From positions 4,643 through 68,642 of the forward strand of contig CAWITU010000001.1 of the NCBI GenBank assembly GCA_963839205.1: a DNA stretch of 64,000 nt. Reading direction: 5' to 3'. This document shows positions 61,225 through 64,000 of the stretch, piece by piece. The first letter of the stretch is position 1. Each line of letters begins with the position of its first letter. A model generated the notes under the pieces. The model made no database searches. It was not told where the DNA came from and was given only the letters and a program-made list of their open reading frames with translations. The position numbers and the translations under genes were made by a program. Source of the DNA: an uncultured bacterium (lineage in GTDB: Bacteria; Patescibacteriota; Minisyncoccia; Phycocordibacterales; CAWITU01).

Positions 61225-62565
61225 ATGAATTCATATCATTTTTGGCATAACTGCGTTTTATGTGGAAAGGACTTTCCGCCAGATAGATTTCTCTATACTT
61301 GTCCTTCGTGCGGTGGGCTCTTATTAGTCGTCAGGGATGAAAAATATATAAAAGAAACTATAGGTACTGGGGAAAAAATAAAGAATCATTTTGATGATCT
61401 TCGTTTTGGTAAGCAAAGGAGAGAGTATCCAAATAATTCAGGAGTCTGGCTTTGGAGAGAATTTATTTTGCCAGGATTTTCCGAGTCGGCAATAATCTCG
61501 CTACAAGAAGGACAGACAGATTTGTTTGAAATTCCAGATTGGTTGAAAGAGGAAATTGGTTTGAACAATCTTTATATAAAACTTGAAGGTCAATCTCCCT
61601 CAGAAAGTTTTAAGGACAGAGGAATGCCGGTCGCTATCTCCGATGCTCTTCGTTTGCAACAAGAATATCCAAAACTCGGGATTGTTGGTGTCTCGTGTGC
61701 CTCAACAGGGGATACTTCTGCTGCGGCGGCAATCTATTCGGCATACAGACGCGATAAACTAACTTGTTTGGTACTTTTACCGTTTGAAAAAATTTCTGAT
61801 CCACAACTTTTCCAGGCAATGGCTCACGGAGCTGAAGTGAGAGCCATCAAACACCCAGATGGTTTTGATGGTTGTATGAAATTAATTCAAGAGTTTACTC
61901 TGAAACATCCAGAATTAGTTTTGGTGAATAGTAAAAATGATATGCGTATAGTCGGGCAGGAAACGATTGGTCTTGAAATACTTCAAGACCTTTCTTGGAA
62001 GGCTCCAGATTGGATTTCAATTCCAGCAGGGAATGGGGGAAACCTTACAGCGCTTCTTAATAGTCTTGTTAGAGCTAAGGAATTTGGAATGATTGACCGT
62101 TTACCTAAAATTATTGTCGGACAAACTGCTGCTGCTGATACTTTAGTCAGGTGGCAGGAAAGTGAATACGAAAAGTATGAGCCAAAAGAATATAAAGAGA
62201 CAATTGCGAGTGCGATGAATATAAATGATCCTGTAAGTTTCCCTAGAATTAAAAAATTGTTTACCCAATTTGATATTCATTTTTATAGAGTTTCGGAAAA
62301 TGACATTCAAAGAACTTGGGCTGAATTTACTCGAGCTGGTGCAAACATTTGTCCTCAATCCGCTGTTGTCTTAAATGCCGTATTGCAAGCGAAAGAAGCT
62401 GGTCTTGTTAAAAAAGAAGATGTTGTTGTCTCAATTTCGACCGCATCATCAATAAAATTCGCTGAAGCGGGTATTGTTCATCATAAGAATGGCAAGAAGG
62501 AAGATTTTGTAAACCCATATCTAGTTATCGAAGGAAACGTGGAAGCCTTAGAAAAAAGTTTATGA
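61225..62565 (+). CDS. thrC: threonine synthase (with N-terminal Cys4 zinc-ribbon)
   Basis: CVLCGK..CPSCGG, the PLP lysine motif SESFKDRGM and GNGGN. It ends in TGA, overlapping the next ATG (ATGA). Confidence 0.85.
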   Translation: MNSYHFWHNCVLCGKDFPPDRFLYTCPSCGGLLLVVRDEKYIKETIGTGEKIKNHFDDLRFGKQRREYPNNSGVWLWREFILPGFSESAIISLQEGQTDLFEIPDWLKEEIGLNNLYIKLEGQSPSESFKDRGMPVAISDALRLQQEYPKLGIVGVSCASTGDTSAAAAIYSAYRRDKLTCLVLLPFEKISDPQLFQAMAHGAEVRAIKHPDGFDGCMKLIQEFTLKHPELVLVNSKNDMRIVGQETIGLEILQDLSWKAPDWISIPAGNGGNLTALLNSLVRAKEFGMIDRLPKIIVGQTAAADTLVRWQESEYEKYEPKEYKETIASAMNINDPVSFPRIKKLFTQFDIHFYRVSENDIQRTWAEFTRAGANICPQSAVVLNAVLQAKEAGLVKKEDVVVSISTASSIKFAEAGIVHHKNGKKEDFVNPYLVIEGNVEALEKSL

Positions 62566-62990
62566 AAAAAGGAGAGGATTATACCGGCGTAACCATTGTT
62601 TATCTTTGTCATGACGGCAAAGGTAATGTGCTTCTAAATAAGAGAAGTATTAATTGTCGTGATGAGCACGGTGCTTGGGATTGCGGTGGTGGGGGACTGG
62701 AATTTGGAGATACAGTTGAAGACACACTTAAGAAAGAAATTGCTGAGGAATTTTGTACTGATGTATTGAGTTATGAATTTTTAGGATACAGAGATGTTCA
62801 CCGAGAACTTAATGGAAAGAAAACACATTGGATAGCCCTCGATTTTAAAGTGTTGGTTGATAGAGAAAAAGCTAAAAATGGGGAACCTCACAAATTTGAT
62901 GCAGTTCAGTGGTTTTCACTAAAAAATATTCCAACACCTCTTCATTCACAAGTTCCAAAATTTTTCGATTTATATAAGGCTAGACTCTAA
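62562..62990 (+). CDS. NUDIX hydrolase
   Basis: Nudix box GGGGLEFGDTVEDTLKKEIAEEF. Confidence 0.85.
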   Translation: MKKGEDYTGVTIVYLCHDGKGNVLLNKRSINCRDEHGAWDCGGGGLEFGDTVEDTLKKEIAEEFCTDVLSYEFLGYRDVHRELNGKKTHWIALDFKVLVDREKAKNGEPHKFDAVQWFSLKNIPTPLHSQVPKFFDLYKARL

Positions 62991-63112
62991 TTAAAGGGTC
63001 CTAGAAAGGTTCTTTTATTGTGGGGTCTTTAGGTTTAGAACTAAATGGTAACAACATCCCGTAAGTTACGTCTATTTTAGTGTAGCTTCTTAATAATTAA
63101 ATAATAACTAAC

Positions 63113-63469
63113 ATGATTTTTCTGATTCTAGTACTGGGTTTACTTTTAGGAGTAGCGTCAATTGTTTTTGCTTTACAAAATGTTGCTGTAATTACTGTTA
63201 CTTTTTTCACTTGGCAAATACAAGGATCGTTATCCTTTATACTCCTATCAGCGATTGCTGCGGGAGTGATTATTTGTCTTCTCATTAGTATTCCCGAAGT
63301 AATTAATAGCTATGTAGAATTTTCTGTACTAAAGAAAATTAATAAAAAGCTTGAAGATGAGAATGCAAGTTATAAAAGAATTGTTGGGGATTTTTCAAAA
63401 ATATCAACAACAAAAATTGTTGAGTCCTCAAACCCGACAATTACAAGTTCTACGACTACTCTATCTTAA
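63113..63469 (+). CDS. LapA/DUF1049-like small membrane protein
   Basis: Two TM helices (LLLGVASIVFALQN.., LSFILLSAIAAGVIICLLI) followed by a coiled tail. Confidence 0.6.
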   Translation: MIFLILVLGLLLGVASIVFALQNVAVITVTFFTWQIQGSLSFILLSAIAAGVIICLLISIPEVINSYVEFSVLKKINKKLEDENASYKRIVGDFSKISTTKIVESSNPTITSSTTTLS

Positions 63470-63539
63470 TTTTTAAAAGTAGGCGGAATCGGTCACGAGT
63501 TACTAAATTAAGTGCTTGTTTCTGAAAGCGAAGCCAGAA

Positions 63540-63743
63540 CTAGATTTTAATATATTTTTCAAAATCCAATGCTTTTGCTTTATCTATAAACGCACAATAC
63601 CAAATCATAATATATGGTTGCTTAGTTTTTGAATAACGTGAAGTCCCACAGTTATGTTCAGCCAACCTCTTTTTAACATTTTCCGTAACTCCAACATACA
63701 TACTACTGTCTTTTTGACTTCTCAGTATGTAGACGAAAAACAT
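63540..63743 (-). CDS. GIY-YIG nuclease domain protein (67 aa, leaderless start)
   Basis: MFFVYILRSQKDSSMYVGVTENVKKRLAEHN (GIY..YVG..R..EHN). A TATAAT lies 6 nt upstream of the ATG. Confidence 0.8.
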   Translation of the reverse strand: MFFVYILRSQKDSSMYVGVTENVKKRLAEHNCGTSRYSKTKQPYIMIWYCAFIDKAKALDFEKYIKI

Positions 63744-63784
63744 CTTTAAATTATACTGCGGCCCTGCTCCGCCAAGGCTACGCA

Positions 63785-63894
63785 GGACCACTGCTTCGCT
63801 TTTCATAAAGATTTCATATAAACAAAAAACACCCCTTAAGGTGTCCTTTGTGCTTGCACTGCGTAGCTTGAACGTAGTGAAAGCGAAGCAGTGG
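63785..63894. repeat. two interleaved exact inverted-repeat pairs upstream of the GIY-YIG gene
   Basis: 63796-63810 (CCACTGCTTCGCTTT) is the exact reverse complement of 63880-63894. 63785-63793 (GCTACGCAG) is the exact reverse complement of 63859-63867. A third partial copy, GAAAGCGAAGC, lies at 63524-63534. Confidence 0.8.
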
Positions 63895-64000
63895 AGAGCC
63901 TTTTGAGGAGTTAGAACTAAGAATATAAAAAGAAAACCGCCCCAACAAGACTGCCATTGAGGCGATAATCTTGTGAGGCGGTAGGTCAGACGGTGACCGT

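Noticed and set aside
1-64000. I looked for CRISPR arrays, rRNA/tRNA genes, and transposases or integrases.
   Set aside because: I saw no regularly spaced direct repeats, no T-arm (GGTTCGAATCC-like) signatures in intergenic DNA, and no ORF with recombinase or transposase motifs. Long noncoding tracts were examined individually.

Overview
Gene-dense, low-GC bacterial chromosome segment. My hand counts give about 37% GC in a 120-nt rplC sample. The content points to a streamlined Candidate Phyla Radiation / Patescibacteria-type genome. It carries rpsL-rpsG-fusA-tuf plus the S10/spc ribosomal-protein array ending in secY-adk-map, with no L30 and no L29. It also carries a pilB-pilC-pseudopilin cluster, comEC, recJ, a VirD4/TraD-like ATPase, tpiA-pgk, glmS, nusA, tig, ppa, infC-rpmI-rplT, thrC, cls/cfa lipid-modifying genes and very few biosynthetic genes. 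No rRNA, tRNA, CRISPR array, transposase or integrase was recognised. Four things stand out. (1) Five compositionally foreign islands (about 52% GC in a 120-nt sample of the 11296 ORF) sit at about 0.5-2.45 kb (followed by an AT-rich non-coding tract to 3.4 kb), 11.1-12.0 kb, 31.6-33.1 kb, 37.4-38.05 kb and 59.9-61.1 kb. Most carry their own consensus promoter and GC-rich terminator and encode unrecognisable proteins. Two of them split near-universal adjacencies, fusA|tuf and rplB|rpsS. (2) Perfect GC-rich palindromes of 10-17 bp stems are embedded in frame inside AT-rich housekeeping genes (tpiA, recJ, comEC, the VirD4-like ATPase, a membrane protein) without lengthening the proteins. (3) The lesion load is very high: at least 9 indels plus a nonsense codon in fusA, single frameshifts in rplB, rpsC, rplE, cfa, a PurM-like gene and a surface protein (plus one probable in a pilus-associated gene), and in-frame stops in two island genes. 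This means either an error-prone assembly or real decay. (4) Recurrent RNA-level architecture is visible: 5'-terminal ACGC..GCGU hairpin plus U-tract modules behind each r-protein promoter, leaderless TGnTATAAT-N6-ATG genes, and two or three promoter-to-terminator units with no convincing ORF (candidate sRNAs). All functional calls come from reading the translations by eye. No database search was possible.
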